A stretch of 64,000 nt of DNA from Octopus bimaculoides (Eukaryota). The stretch spans positions 30,159,287 to 30,223,286 of the forward strand of contig NC_069001.1 in assembly GCF_001194135.2 (NCBI RefSeq). Direction: 5' to 3'. The position numbers were made by a program, and so were the translations under genes. A model generated the notes under the pieces. That model had not been told where the DNA came from. It ran no database searches and saw only the letters and a list, made by a program, of their open reading frames with translations. Shown piece after piece: positions 1 through 12,530 of this stretch; the first letter of the stretch is position 1, and the number at the start of each line of letters is the position of its first letter.

Positions 1-686
1 ATTTTCTTTGCTTGCGTACTAAACATTACTATGTGTGTTTTGTATTTCAAAATCATGTGAACGTATATTTCATTTAAATACAAATTATGACATTCGTTGG
101 AAATATGATAAAAACAAAAGCAGTTTCCTATTGATACGGATCGTGCTGAAAAGTAGAATGTTTCACACAACAACGTCTTGGAAGCTAATGAGTTCATTTT
201 TAATTAAGACATTATAAATGGTAGGAATGTGAAAATATATAGGATATGAAGAAGAAATTATACAAGGAAACAAGTAAAACAGAGATTTAATTTGGTCTCT
301 TCTTTGTGTCTCAAACGGAAACGCTAAATGAATGCTATATTAACAAACTGAGAGGAGAAAATGTTCGCCATTGTTGTACAGAAATCGATATTCAATTAAA
401 TAATAGAGATTTAAATGAAATAACATTTTCACGAATTAGTAAGAACACCCATCCATTTACACATACACACGGTACACATCAACACATGCAATCCTTTCCA
501 GACATCCGCATACACAGACACAGCTGTGTACGTTTCTGAGCTTGTGATATTTGTGTGTGGCTATATATATATGTGTATATATGTTTACATATACACACAA
601 ACACGCACACGCACACGCATATATATATATATATATANNNNNNNNNNNNNATATAAATGCATCCATGTATTCATAAAACATTTGTG

Positions 687-729
<43 letters not shown>

Positions 730-1033
730 GCATCCATGTATTCATAAAACATTTGTGTATTTATATATAGATAGAGAGATAGACAGACAGAAATAGAGCC
801 TGATTTAAAGTTGAGACTTCTTGAGTGCCATCACTGATATTCATATCAGTAATTGTTCAAACTATTGTATAAAAGAAGAAGCATGAGACAATATAAACAA
901 GATAATACGTCGTAGTTATATCAATATACGATTACTCAGCATAATATGCAGATTTGATTGGTTACCAAACAAAAGGATTTAGAAATTGCAACACCCTTTC
1001 ATTAATACCCTTACACAAGCACACACATGAATG

Positions 1034-1074
<41 letters not shown>

Positions 1075-1762
1075 NNNNNNNNNNNNNNNNNNNNNNNNNN
1101 NNNNNNNNNNNNNNNNNNNNNNNNNNNNNNNNNNNNNNNNNNNNNNNNNNNNNNNNNNNNNNNNNNNNNNNNNNNNNNNNNNNNNNNNNNNNNNNNNNNN
1201 NNNNNNNNNNNNNNNNNNNNNNNNNNNNNNNNNNNNNNNNNNNNNNNNNNNNNNNNNNNNNNNNNNNNNNNNNNNNNNNNNNNNNNNNNNNNNNNNNNNN
1301 NNNNNNNNNNNNNNNNNNNNNNNNNNNNNNNNNNNNNNNNNNNNNNNNNNNNNNNNNNNNNNNNNNNNNNNNNNNNNNNNNNNNNNNNNNNNNNNNNNNN
1401 NNNNNNNNNNNNNNNNNNNNNNNNNNNNNNNNNNNNNNNNNNNNNNNNNNNNNNNNNNNNNNNNNNNNNNNNNNNNNNNNNNNNNNNNNNNNNNNNNNNN
1501 NNNNNNNNNNNNNNNNNNNNNNNNNNNNNNNNNNNNNNNNNNNNNNNNNNNNNNNNNNNNNNNNNNNNNNNNNNNNNNNNNNNNNNNNNNNNNNNNNNNN
1601 NNNNNNNNNNNNNNNNNNNNNNNNNNNNNNNNNNNNNNNNNNNNNNNNNNNNNNNNNNNNNNNNNNNNNNNNNNNNNNNNNNNNNNNNNNNNNNNNNNNN
1701 NNNNNNNNNNNNNNNNNNNNNNNNNNNNNNNNNNNNNNNNNNNNNNNNNNNNNNNNNNNNNN

Positions 1763-1802
<40 letters not shown>

Positions 1803-3250
1803 TTTATATTATATATATATATATATATAAGGATAGAGAGGTAGTTATTGATATAGATTTATATACAGTCAGACAGGCATACAGACAGGCATAGGCGGAA
1901 AGACAGAGATACCGACAGACAGACACCAAGAGAGAGAGAAAGAAATAGTGAGGGAGAGAGGTGATAGCTTATTTGTGTGCATCTTTCAGCAGCCATCAGC
2001 CGCTAATTCAGAGTCGTAATGACAAAAATGTGAAAATAGAAGCAGCCAGATTGAACGCAATGCTGTTGACTGCATTAATTAGACTCATACGTTTCCTTTT
2101 ATCAACAGTGGATGAGAACTTAGAGACATTAAATAAAACGAATTTTGTTATAATGTACATCAAAATAACACACTGCTTTTAAGTAGGTCTTACATTGATT
2201 TAACTAGGGGTTAGTCGGACTATTGTGATGTCAGAACTAGTGGTCAGGGTAGGGCAGGATTCGACGGCTTCTTACACATTTTATTGCTTAAAAACAGTAA
2301 ACGGCGATGGTGATAATATTACGCTAGTTTAAAAGAACAAACTCCCACTCAAAAAAGAAAAAAAATTGAAGAAGAAAAGAATGAATACCACTATATTCGG
2401 ATATGAAACTATATTTCTTATTACGCAATTTTAATGTTCCAATACAAATAACATGTTTTTTTTCCAACATCCTGGTGATATGTCTACTCATTCCATTTAC
2501 TTATTTGCAGCGACACAAAAAGATTATATCTAAGTCTCTCGACCAGGTAAAGTAGTGCAGTGAAAGTATTGGTGATAAAAATTACTTATCTCCCAAGCAC
2601 ATATCTGATACGCAACCATTTGGTCACCTGCGACAATTTAATGTAGAAGAATTGTTGTAGAATAACGATTTTGCATATTTCAANNNNNNNNNNNNNNNNN
2701 NNNNNNNNNNNNNNNNNNNNNNNNNNNNNNNNNNNNNNNNNNNNNNNNNNNNNNNNNNNNNNNNNNNNNNNNNNNNNNNNNNNNNNNNNNNNNNNNNNNN
2801 NNNNNNNNNNNNNNNNNNNNNNNNNNNNNNNNNNNNNNNNNNNNNNNNNNNNNNNNNNNNNNNNNNNNNNNNNNNNNNNNNNNNNNNNNNNNNNNNNNNN
2901 NNNNNNNNNNNNNNNNNNNNNNNNNNNNNNNNNNNNNNNNNNNNNNNNNNNNNNNNNNNNNNNNNNNNNNNNNNNNNNNNNNNNNNNNNNNNNNNNNNNN
3001 NNNNNNNNNNNNNNNNNNNNNNNNNNNNNNNNNNNNNNNNNNNNNNNNNNNNNNNNNNNNNNNNNNNNNNNNNNNNNNNNNNNNNNNNNNNNNNNNNNNN
3101 NNNNNNNNNNNNNNNNNNNNNNNNNNNNNNNNNNNNNNNNNNNNNNNNNNNNNNNNNNNNNNNNNNNNNNNNNNNNNNNNNNNNNNNNNNNNNNNNNNNN
3201 NNNNNNNNNNNNNNNNNNNNNNNNNNNNNNNNNNNNNNNNNNNNNNNNNN

Positions 3251-3288
<38 letters not shown>

Positions 3289-3770
3289 GCGTTGATTCCA
3301 AATACGTCTCTAGGTGTTACTGCATGAGGTCTTTTTCTGCACCTACAACATCCGCCAGCTTCAGTTATTATTATGTTAGATGCAGCGTGAATATCAAATC
3401 TTTTCTGTGCACAGTCATTTCGATATATTTTCCCCAACACTCAAAGATTTCATACTCTGTCGTAGCAGAAGAGGGAGAAGTTTTTTTTATGTAAGAATGT
3501 GTTAAATTAACTCTTCTCATATGATTTATATCTATTTTCGGAATTGTAATTACTATAGAAACTAAAGCTGCGAAAAACTGAAGTATTCTATTTTATTTTT
3601 GTTGTTGTTTTTTTTCTGCTGAACTGAACGAACATTGTAAATAAGTGATTGTCACGATAGCCTAAAAGAAATACATTCCATCAATGTTTGGTACCAAAAG
3701 AACCAGTCTGTCCATAATTAGTGAAAAAAGAAATCTAACCTGCTGTTATTTAGCTAATCTGTGTGCCAAA

Positions 3771-3884
3771 TATTGGTTTCAAACCCTGGCACAAGGTCAG
3801 TCATTTCAGGACAGTTGGTAAGTCAATTACATCGACCCCAGTGTACAACTGGTCCTTCTTTTATCGACCCCGGAATTTGAACTC
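3771..3884 (-). mobile_element. SINE family A, internally deleted 3' fragment
   Basis: Has the motifs TTACATCGACCCCAGT and TTTTATCGACCCC and the tail TATTGGTTTCAAA, shared with the full copies at 9102 and 29018. Confidence 0.75.
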
Positions 3885-4224
3885 TTATCTGTCTCAGATA
3901 TTATTACTTATGATGCAGCCACATCGAGTGTTACTTATATGGAACTACGACTTCACACACCAAGAGTGAGAGATTATTTGCGCCTCCAAATCTAGAGACG
4001 ATGTGACAACGGTTCATCAATGTTTCGGATCAAAGCAACAAATATACCCCACTTAAAGCTCGAAATCATAGGCAAAATACTTTGGATGGTTCAAGGCTGT
4101 AGACAGGCAAATCCGAAGTGGTTGCTACATCTTACTGGAGGGCATAATGTTTCCGATTCGCTATGATATAGAACGGATGACATAATAACATTTCAAAGGA
4201 GAAAATCAATATATTTTTAATATA

Positions 4225-4464
4225 GGTGCAAGAATGGCGGTGTGGTAAGAAGCATGCTTCCCAACCACGTAGTTCCGGGTTGAGTCCCATTGCGTAGCAC
4301 GTTCTATTATAGCATCGTGCCGACCAAAGCCTTGTGAGTGGATTTAGTAGACGGAAATTGAAAGAAGCCCGTCGTATGTTGATATGTATATTTATATGTA
4401 TGTATTTGTTATTTGTGTCTGTTTGTCCTCCCACCATCACTTGACAAACGGTGTTTGTGTGTTT
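4225..4464 (+). mobile_element. SINE family B, 5' half
   Basis: tRNA-like head (TGGCGGTGTGG ... GGGTTGAGTCCC) followed by CCGACCAAAGCCTTGTGAGTGGATTT-GTAGACGGAAA-TGAAAGAAGCCCGTCG and an internal (TA/TG)n tract, as in the copies at 26088 and 52067. Confidence 0.9.
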
Positions 4465-4489
4465 ATATATATATATTCCATATGCATTG

Positions 4490-4532
<43 letters not shown>

Positions 4533-4706
4533 TATGGACTAATGCCCTGCTGTAGAACCCAATATACGTACGTTTCAGAACGAAAAACCAGCTATAAGCT
4601 ACTATAATTTATATGATGATCCTTTAGTCTTTAGTCCTTTGTCATCTCTTTTTGTTAGTACCACTCTACACTCGTCTAACACTCCGTTTTCACACACACA
4701 CACACG

Positions 4707-4798
<92 letters not shown>

Positions 4799-5429
4799 TA
4801 AACATATATGTACATACTAATCGATGTATGTACGTATACTCGCATATGTATTTTTCTAACTGCATATGTGTATATATGATAGAATTCGCAAGTAATATGT
4901 ACATATACGAGTATATTATTTGTGTTTATGTATAAAGATGATGAATTCGCTCCACTATTGATAAATCCAATTGCCAAGCATTAGTATTCTGTATACGTTC
5001 CTGACGGAAACCAGTCGCGTATTGGCTTGTCAGAAATAAGTTTAAAGAATATGTTTGCTCACACAGTGCTTCGGTTATTGGCTGCGAAGGTAATCTCTAA
5101 AAAGCGGAATATATATAGCGAAAAGAATACTCAACAATTTGTACTTGTTAGGAATATGAAATTAGATTTATTTTTTTTTTCCGAAAGATTGCTGGTCGTT
5201 CTAGAAAGAAGGGGAAAAGCAAACGTATGCAAGAGAAGAATTATGAAGAAAGAAAATATAGCAACGCATAAACAAGAAGAAAATATCTGATGTGAATTAT
5301 TTACCTTTAAACAAGCACACATATATGCGACTCCATATACGTACAGGTAGATACACGCAAACACACACGCACGCAGACGTATATATGTATGTCTGTGTGT
5401 GTGTGTTAGAGAGAGAGAATGAGAGACAG

Positions 5430-5485
<56 letters not shown>

Positions 5486-5645
5486 TACATATGTGTGTAG
5501 ACGTGTATTTTCATATTTTTATGTCTGTACGTGTGTGTATATATTTTATGTACATATGCATATATATAACTATGTAGAAATATATATATATATATAGGCA
5601 TATATATTATATATGTCCGTGTGTGTGTCGTGTGTGTCTGGTATG

Positions 5646-5688
<43 letters not shown>

Positions 5689-6016
5689 ATATATACATCT
5701 ATGTACGAATGTGTAATACGTGTATTTATAATTGATTCAATTTCCTAGTTCGGGTAGCATTCTCGCGTTTTTCTTTATGATATATCTGAATATGGTTATT
5801 ATTCCTGTATACGGTGCCAGAAGAGTCTGACATTGCCATCATTATTCCACTGAATGTATTCTTATGTAATTATGACCGAATACTCTGCTGCTGACCTCCA
5901 CAAATCTCTTCTCCAGTCACTGTAACCATTGTTTAGAGGTTTCTGAATTGCAGAAAAACACACACTCACACACACACACACACAAATATACACATGCACC
6001 CAAACTCACACATACG

Positions 6017-6054
<38 letters not shown>

Positions 6055-6472
6055 CAGAGAGAGATTCAAACATGCTCTTATACGGTTGTTTGCCATTGTA
6101 TGTATATATACGGACAGAGAGAAAGACATATTCATACATATTCATAGATAGATAGATAGATAGATAAGTAGTGTATAGTTAGAATGTTTAAGCAGACCAG
6201 TAGGATATCCTTCTGTTTTTGGTATAAAATATGTTCTTGAGAATTGGCCTTCAATTGGTTTAAAAAAATATTGCACCAGCCTAATTGAGATTCAACCTAC
6301 GTAAGCTATTATCGTAATTGTTTTCACATTTTTCTTTAGCTGAGCAGTTGATTGACGTGATATTGTGAAACTGCGCTCCAGGTGTAACCTTCAGTATTAC
6401 TATTTCGGTGGACATTAAATCCATATATAAAGTATTATTGTTGTTATTTCTATTATTATTATTATTATTATT

Positions 6473-6850
6473 AACGCTGGAGAGGTACTACCGCGACAGC
6501 TGTTCACTACCAGTGCACTAAGGTAAAACACTTTTTTTTTGGATCACCGTCCGGAGTATTCGAGCGCTTCCAAGCAGTGCTGTTTTCTGCAAGTGCTCCA
6601 ACCTTATTGCAGCCCCTATTTTGTCTATGTACTTCTCAAGACTTTTGCTCACTGTTCACAGGGCTCAGACTATTATTGGTACTACTACCACCTTTTTCAT
6701 CGACCTCAACTGCTTAACCTCCCAAGATAACCTGTCATATCGATGGACTTTTCATTCTTCCTTATCGCATACCTTGTTGTCAGCTGGGCATGCTATATCT
6801 ATCATCCAGCATCGTTTGCCTTCTTTCTCAATTAACACTATGCCTCCAGC
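6473..6850 (-). mobile_element. R4/Dong-type non-LTR retrotransposon, 3' fragment (REL endonuclease plus 3' UTR), subfamily 1
   Basis: Minus-strand translation IVLIEKEGKRCWMIDIACPADNKVCDKEE*KVHRYDRLSWEVKQL...VVVVPIIV*AL*TVSKSLEKYIDKIG...LQKTALLGSARILR fits the PD..D/E..K REL domain. It has internal stops and ends in an (AAT)n run at 6451-6472. Confidence 0.85.
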
Positions 6851-6864
6851 ATCACCACCAGAAA

Positions 6865-7475
6865 TTACTAAAAACGTGTAATGAAAGGAAATACAACAAC
6901 TTACTGCAGAATGTGTGGAGATGGAGAAGAAATAATGAATCATAGTGTCTCTGTCTGCCCAGTCCTGGTTAAGAAGGTGTATATTTAGAGACATGGCAGA
7001 GTTGGGACCTATATACACTGGAAGCTGTATATAGAAGAGGTCACAGAAAATGGGAAAGCAACCATACTCTGGGATATGCCAATACACACAGATGGAGAAA
7101 TTAAGGTCAATGGGCCGGATATAGTTCTCAGAGATTATCGAGATAAAATGTTTTCTAATTGATGTATCAATACCAACAGATGACAGAGTTGCTCTAAAAG
7201 AAATGGAGTAAGTTTCATATTACAAAGACCTAGAAATAGAGGTAACTCGAATGTGGAGTCCAAAAACAGAAACAATCATCCGTATTAGTAGGCGCATTGG
7301 GTGTGACAAATACATAACAAAAACTCCGGAACTAACAAGTAAGTATAACATACAGAAAATAGTACTAATAGGCACTGTACACATCCTACGTAAGATGCTT
7401 TCAATATATTAACTACAGAACATCACACCAAACCACAGCACATACCTAAGACACACGCAGCTCGGTAGTGCACGT
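6865..7475 (+). mobile_element. R4/Dong-type non-LTR retrotransposon, 3' fragment (CCHC knuckle, REL, 3' UTR), subfamily 2
   Basis: From 6881: MKGNTTTY-CRMC-GDGEEIMN-H-SVSV-C...RHG...ILWDMPIHTDGEIKVNGPDIVLRD/FLIDVSIPTD...YKDLEIEVTRMW.../LVGALG...QKIVLIGTVHILRKML. Contains stops and frameshifts. Followed by (AAT/GAT)n at 7475-7620. Confidence 0.9.
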
Positions 7476-7583
7476 GATGATGATAATAATAATGATGATA
7501 ATAGTATTAACAATGATAATAATGATGATAATAATAGTAATGATAATAATAATACTGACAATAATAATAATAATGATAATAAA

Positions 7584-7619
<36 letters not shown>

Positions 7620-7640
7620 TCTTACTGTTATACACATAAT

Positions 7641-7751
7641 GCCTAGAATTTCGAGGGGATTTGACTTGTCGATTACATCGACTCCATTGTTTAACTGGTA
7701 CTTATTCTATCGATCCCGAAAGGATGAAAGGTAAAGACGACCTCGGTGGGA
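7641..7751 (-). mobile_element. SINE family A, central fragment
   Basis: GTCGATTACATCGACTCC...CTGGTACTTATTCTATCGATCCCGAAAGGATGAAAGGTAAAG matches the family A core. Confidence 0.8.
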
Positions 7752-9101
7752 CTATGATGTTAATAATAAACATAATAGTAGTAGTAGTAGTAGTAGTAAC
7801 AAGGAGATGAAGATGGCGCTGAGGACGATGATGGCGACGGTGATCCTGAAGAAGATGAAGATTATGATGATGATGAAGACGCTGATGATGACGATGATGA
7901 TGATGATGATGTTGATGTTGTTGATGAAGTATTATATTGAGAGAAAAAGGAAGAAATTAAGAGTAGTGAGTCAGTGTTTCTCACAATGTATTACGGAAAG
8001 CAATGGAAGGAGAGACAGCAAGTCATTAGAAGTCTTGAGAACATTTATTTGTATCTAAATGTGAACGCATGTGTATGTGTGTGTGGTGTTAAGGGAATAA
8101 ATAAACATATATGTGTATGTATGTGCCATAGAGGGAGAGAGCGATAGAGAAAGAAAGGAGAATGAGAGGAGATGGCTGTATATGGGTTTGTGTAAAACAA
8201 AACTAATAGAAATAATACGAAGAAGTAAAATAAAGAAACGAACGGGAAAAAAAAAGAAGGAAATAAGCAAATGAGAGAACAACAATGGGATAAATTGAAT
8301 TACAATCATTAGACAACCACATTTTGCCGTCAGAGCAAATACCTTCAAGCGCTGAAAGGTATTTCACATTCATACGACACAAAAGAAGTATTGATTCCGA
8401 AACTATAGGCTTTTCATCGGATCTTGTTTTGTTTCGGCTTTTGAAGAAGCTCTATTATATTTGCTAATAGTACCAACGACTGGTTTTAACGGCCAACATG
8501 TTTGCCACGACTGCTGCAGAGAATAACACTGTATTAATATATTGCCGCTACTGTTTTTATGGTTATGTTGGCTGACAACATTGGATACAGAAATAATCAT
8601 AAAACATGCTATGGGGATAACTATTCTCATATATGTATATATATATATAAGAATTTCATTGCTACAAGAAAACATACAGTGGATTATGTAAAGATGTAGT
8701 AATACGCATAGTTTGCAGACACTAATGGCATTTTTCAGTCTTTGAATAACACCGCTTGTAGATTTAGGGCGAAGAGTCTGGAGAGGGCACGTACCCTATT
8801 TTTCAGATTGACCATGCTTTCCCTTTTGGGGAATCATTTTGTCTTTGAATTATTTTGTTTCTTTGTTGTTTCGTTTTTTCCAGTTTACATGGATTAGTGT
8901 ACACCCACATAATAGCGTACTGTACTGTATCATCTTCTCTATTCCTTGCGCTTTGTGTAAACCCTTAATGGGTAATAATGAAGTAGTTATTTAAATACAC
9001 CTGTTTAGTTATTTATACATTTATATAATGTGATCCAATGTCTAAGTGTTATCGCTTATTATTATTATTATTATTAGTAGTAGTAGTAGTATCATTATTA
9101 T

Positions 9102-9315
9102 AAAGGCGGTGACCTGGTAGAATCGTTAGAACACTAGGCGAAGTGCTTAGCGGTATTTCACCCATCGCTACGTTCTGAGTTCAAATTCTGTCGAGGTCGA
9201 CTTTGCCTTACAACCTTTCGGGGTCGATAAATTAGGTACCATGTAAGTACTGGGGTCGATGTAACTTACTATCCCCTTCCCCCAAATTTCAGAACTTGTG
9301 CCTATAATAGAAAGG

Positions 9316-9316
<1 letters not shown>
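9102..9316 (+). mobile_element. SINE family A, full length, (ATT)n tail
   Basis: Head AGGCGGTGACCTGGTAGAATCGTTAG, B-box-like GAGTTCAAATTC, core GGGGTCGATAAATTA-GTACC, tail (ATT)n at 9316-9354. Confidence 0.92.
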
Positions 9317-9354
<38 letters not shown>

Positions 9355-9829
9355 GAGTGAGAAGGCAGTGCGTGCCATCAAATACTTGTGAGACACATGC
9401 ATCATAACCATATGTGCGTGACATGGCGATCTTATATCAAAATAAGCCGCTCATGACCTTGCAGGTGTGCCCCAGTTTGAACTTTTTTCATGTCGAGTAG
9501 CCCATCCTTCTCAAAAGGACTATGGAAGGTGTTTTTAGAATGCTGAATGAGACAACCATGTTTCTAAAGGTGAATTATCTAATCCCCAAAGAATTACTCT
9601 CAATACATTGCAACGATTCTCCCCCACAAATTCTGCTCGTGATCAGAGATGCACGTATCGTCAGCCACCAAGGGACATGCGGGACTGGTTCAGTTAAAAC
9701 AACTGACAAGCAAGTCTGAGGTATTGAGTAGAATATTTGCTGTGACCCATCTTCTATACCAAGACAAAACAATGTATGTGATAACACTTCCAATCAGTCA
9801 AGATCAGAAGCCATGAGAACCAATGCCTG
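9355..9829. mobile_element. Discrete non-coding interspersed element bounded by (TAA)n, copy 1
   Basis: Reverse-complement homologue of 36604-37149, lacking about 65 bp near 9385. (TTA)n runs on both sides. No credible ORF. Confidence 0.85.
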
Positions 9830-9840
9830 TTATTATTATT

Positions 9841-10420
9841 TTCTTCTTTTGTTGTTTTACTTTACAGAACGTTCGGCTTTATTTGTTCTGATGCATCTTG
9901 TGAAACTGGACAGAATCCTGCCGTAAGAGGCCTCACAGGGCCGCTTTTCCCACATTATAAGCTTTGATATTCAGGTGTTGATTGTTGTGGGAGATATTGC
10001 TCATCCAATCTCAAAATCCTACCTGTTCCCAGCAGAGCAATTTTTTTAGCATGCGCTCTGCTCTCATATCAATTCCGATTTCTTTGACAAATTTCACGAT
10101 CTTGGTCGTTAATGCTCCGAGTGCCCTTCTAACTATTAGAATGACAGACACTCTTCATAGTTCACATTCTTACAATTTCATCTTCTAGTAGTCTGTACTT
10201 TTCTATCTTTACTACTTGTTTATGACTTATGCGTGCATCTCTAGGTTTTGTAATTTCAATGATCATGGTTTCCTTTTTTGCTCTATTTACCACCACAATA
10301 TCTGGCCTTCAAGCCTCGATTACGGAGTCGTATTGGATTATAAATTCCCACCGTATCTTATATTCATTGTTCTCGGTGGTTCTCCTTGTGGTTCATGTTC
10401 TTATCATTTACGTATTATAT
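9841..10420 (-). mobile_element. R4/Dong-type non-LTR retrotransposon, 3' fragment (REL plus 3' UTR), subfamily 3
   Basis: Minus strand EHEPQG/TTENNEYKIRWEFIIQYDSVIEA*RPDIVVVNRAKKETMIIEITKPRDARI...KIEKYRLLEDEIVRM*TMKSV/...ALGALT...ALLGTGRILRL. Ends at the (AAT)n run 9830-9840. Confidence 0.88.
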
Positions 10421-11619
10421 TTAGGACCTTTTCAATAATGACAAATGTACTGTACCTATTGCTATCTGGTATTAAATGTATTAGCCCTCCTAACCAATTA
10501 TGTCCTCTGATGAAGCCTAGAGAACACTCATAATCCAAACTGTATCTTCCCATCCCAACAGAACACTGAACAGATGGAGATGGCATGGAAAATATCGTTG
10601 TCTCTTAGCAGAACCGCCAAAAGGAACTCATCTTTTGCTCTTTTCGTAATATTAACACATGTGTGCGTAACACATAGTTACTGCAGGTGTATATTTTCTT
10701 ATAATACTTTCTAATGCTTTGGAATAAATAGGCACACTGAAATGACTACCGGATGATGTATGTTGTTTCGTATCCTCTCCATTTTCTTATTTGCTATATA
10801 TATATNNNNNNNNNNNNNNNNNNNNNNNNNNNNNNNNNNNNNNNNNNNNNNNNNNNNNNNNNNNNNNNNNNNNNNNNNNNNNNNNNNNNNNNNNNNNNNN
10901 NNNNNNNNNNNNNNNNNNNNNNNNNNNNNNNNNNNNNNNNNNNNNNNNNNNNNNNNNNNNNNNNNNNNNNNNNNNNNNNNNNNNNNNNNNNNNNNNNNNN
11001 NNNNNNNNNNNNNNNNNNNNNNNNNNNNNNNNNNNNNNNNNNNNNNNNNNNNNNNNNNNNNNNNNNNNNNNNNNNNNNNNNNNNNNNNNNNNNNNNNNNN
11101 NNNNNNNNNNNNNNNNNNNNNNNNNNNNNNNNNNNNNNNNNNNNNNNNNNNNNNNNNNNNNNNNNNNNNNNNNNNNNNNNNNNNNNNNNNNNNNNNNNNN
11201 NNNNNNNNNNNNNNNNNNNNNNNNNNNNNNNNNNNNNNNNNNNNNNNNNNNNNNNNNNNNNNNNNNNNNNNNNNNNNNNNNNNNNNNNNNNNNNNNNNNN
11301 NNNNNNNNNNNNNNNNNNNNNNNNNNNNNNNNNNNNNNNNNNNNNNNNNNNNNNNNNNNNNNNNNNNNNNNNNNNNNNNNNNNNNNNNNNNNNNNNNNNN
11401 NNNNNNNNNNNNNNNNNNNNNNNNNNNNNNNNNNNNNNNNNNNNNNNNNNNNNNNNNNNNNNNNNNNNNNNNNNNNNNNNNNNNNNNNNNNNNNNNNNNN
11501 NNNNNNNNNNNNNNNNNNNNNNNNNNNNNNNNNNNNNNNNNNNNNNNNNNNNNNNNNNNNNNNNNNNNNNNNNNNNNNNNNNNNNNNNNNNNNNNNNNNN
11601 NNNNNNNNNNNNNNNNNCA

Positions 11620-11655
<36 letters not shown>

Positions 11656-11955
11656 CAGCAAATAATTTGCGAGAAAAATAATTTTGGGAGATATCATTGA
11701 CTCTGTTATTATCTAAAGTAATAATTTGAAAATGATAACAGAATCAATAGTATAGGCGTTTCCAGGCCCCGAAAGAGCACTAAATTGCTGAAGTATTAAA
11801 AGTAATCAACGGATATACTAAGTACGTTAACCTGCTGGAAATAACAGTCAAAACCCTTATTTAAATTACCACGATACATTGATAATCACTACAGGAATCA
11901 ACCAACCGAAGGCAAACGTGCCACGAAAAATCTCTCAGCATACATTTAGACTCAC

Positions 11956-12063
11956 GTGGACCGGTTTCTGGACTGGCATAATCGCCTCACTTTCCTCGGC
12001 ACGCGTTACCATGATAGAGGGCCGCAACCCGTTGTGTTGAAGTCTGCGCTGCAACTGGTTCAT
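11956..12063 (-). CDS. Probable first coding exon of an unidentified gene: MNQLQRRLQHNGLRPSIMVTRAEESEAIMPVQKPVH (36 codons, phase-0 donor)
   Basis: 60/108 bases are G or C, against an AT-rich background. The ATG has an in-frame TGA a few codons upstream, and the frame is open to a consensus donor CAC|GTGAGT (11955-11950). I could not identify downstream exons or the product. Confidence 0.65.
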
Positions 12064-12530
12064 TTCTTGTCGAAGTCATGACAGACGCAGGTGTGAAAAT
12101 TCTTTCATTACGGAACAAATAATTCGTGAGAAAAATATTTTACGTGTGCGTGTGTACTTTACGTACGTATGAATGCATGTATACAATTACTATATCCGCA
12201 TGATCATACCCGTTGGCAAACGCTTAAGTTTTAATTTGTGTCTACACCAAGCCATCGCCATATCCGCAGTTCACCTATCGCGCAGTCAGTACATCGCCGA
12301 TTTTTCTGGCTAATATATGTAACTTCATATCGCGGACTTATATATTTTAGATTCTATTTATTTCTGTGGGAGATTTTGGAACGTAACTCCCGTGATAGTC
12401 GAGGGATTACTGTATGTTTTCCATCCCTTGTATCATTCGTATTCATTTCTTTCGTTGTGCATATCTTCCAATTCTGCTTCATTCTTTACATATTTACCTC
12501 TTCGTTTCTCGCGACGTGCCTGTGATTTCC
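12064..12530 (-). promoter_or_regulatory. CpG-enriched unique region upstream of the exon; likely 5' UTR or promoter-proximal
   Basis: Many CG dinucleotides (e.g. 12241-12300, 12505-12520) in non-repetitive sequence directly upstream of the ATG. The function is inferred only. Confidence 0.4.

Noticed and set aside
651-770. About 50-bp direct repeat ATAAATGCATCCATGTATTCATAAAACATTTGTGTATT
   Set aside because: Sits beside a gap and between (TA)n runs. Slippage or mis-assembly is the simplest explanation.
5860-5942. Minus-strand acceptor followed by KPLNNGYSDWRRDLWRSAAEY, as a possible second exon
   Set aside because: In-frame stop soon after, only weak donors, and the faint aquaporin-like wording is too short to support.
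8343-8513. Minus-strand segment with a NAGNAG acceptor and AG|GTATTT donor
   Set aside because: Stops in all three frames. It could be non-coding, but nothing else supports it.
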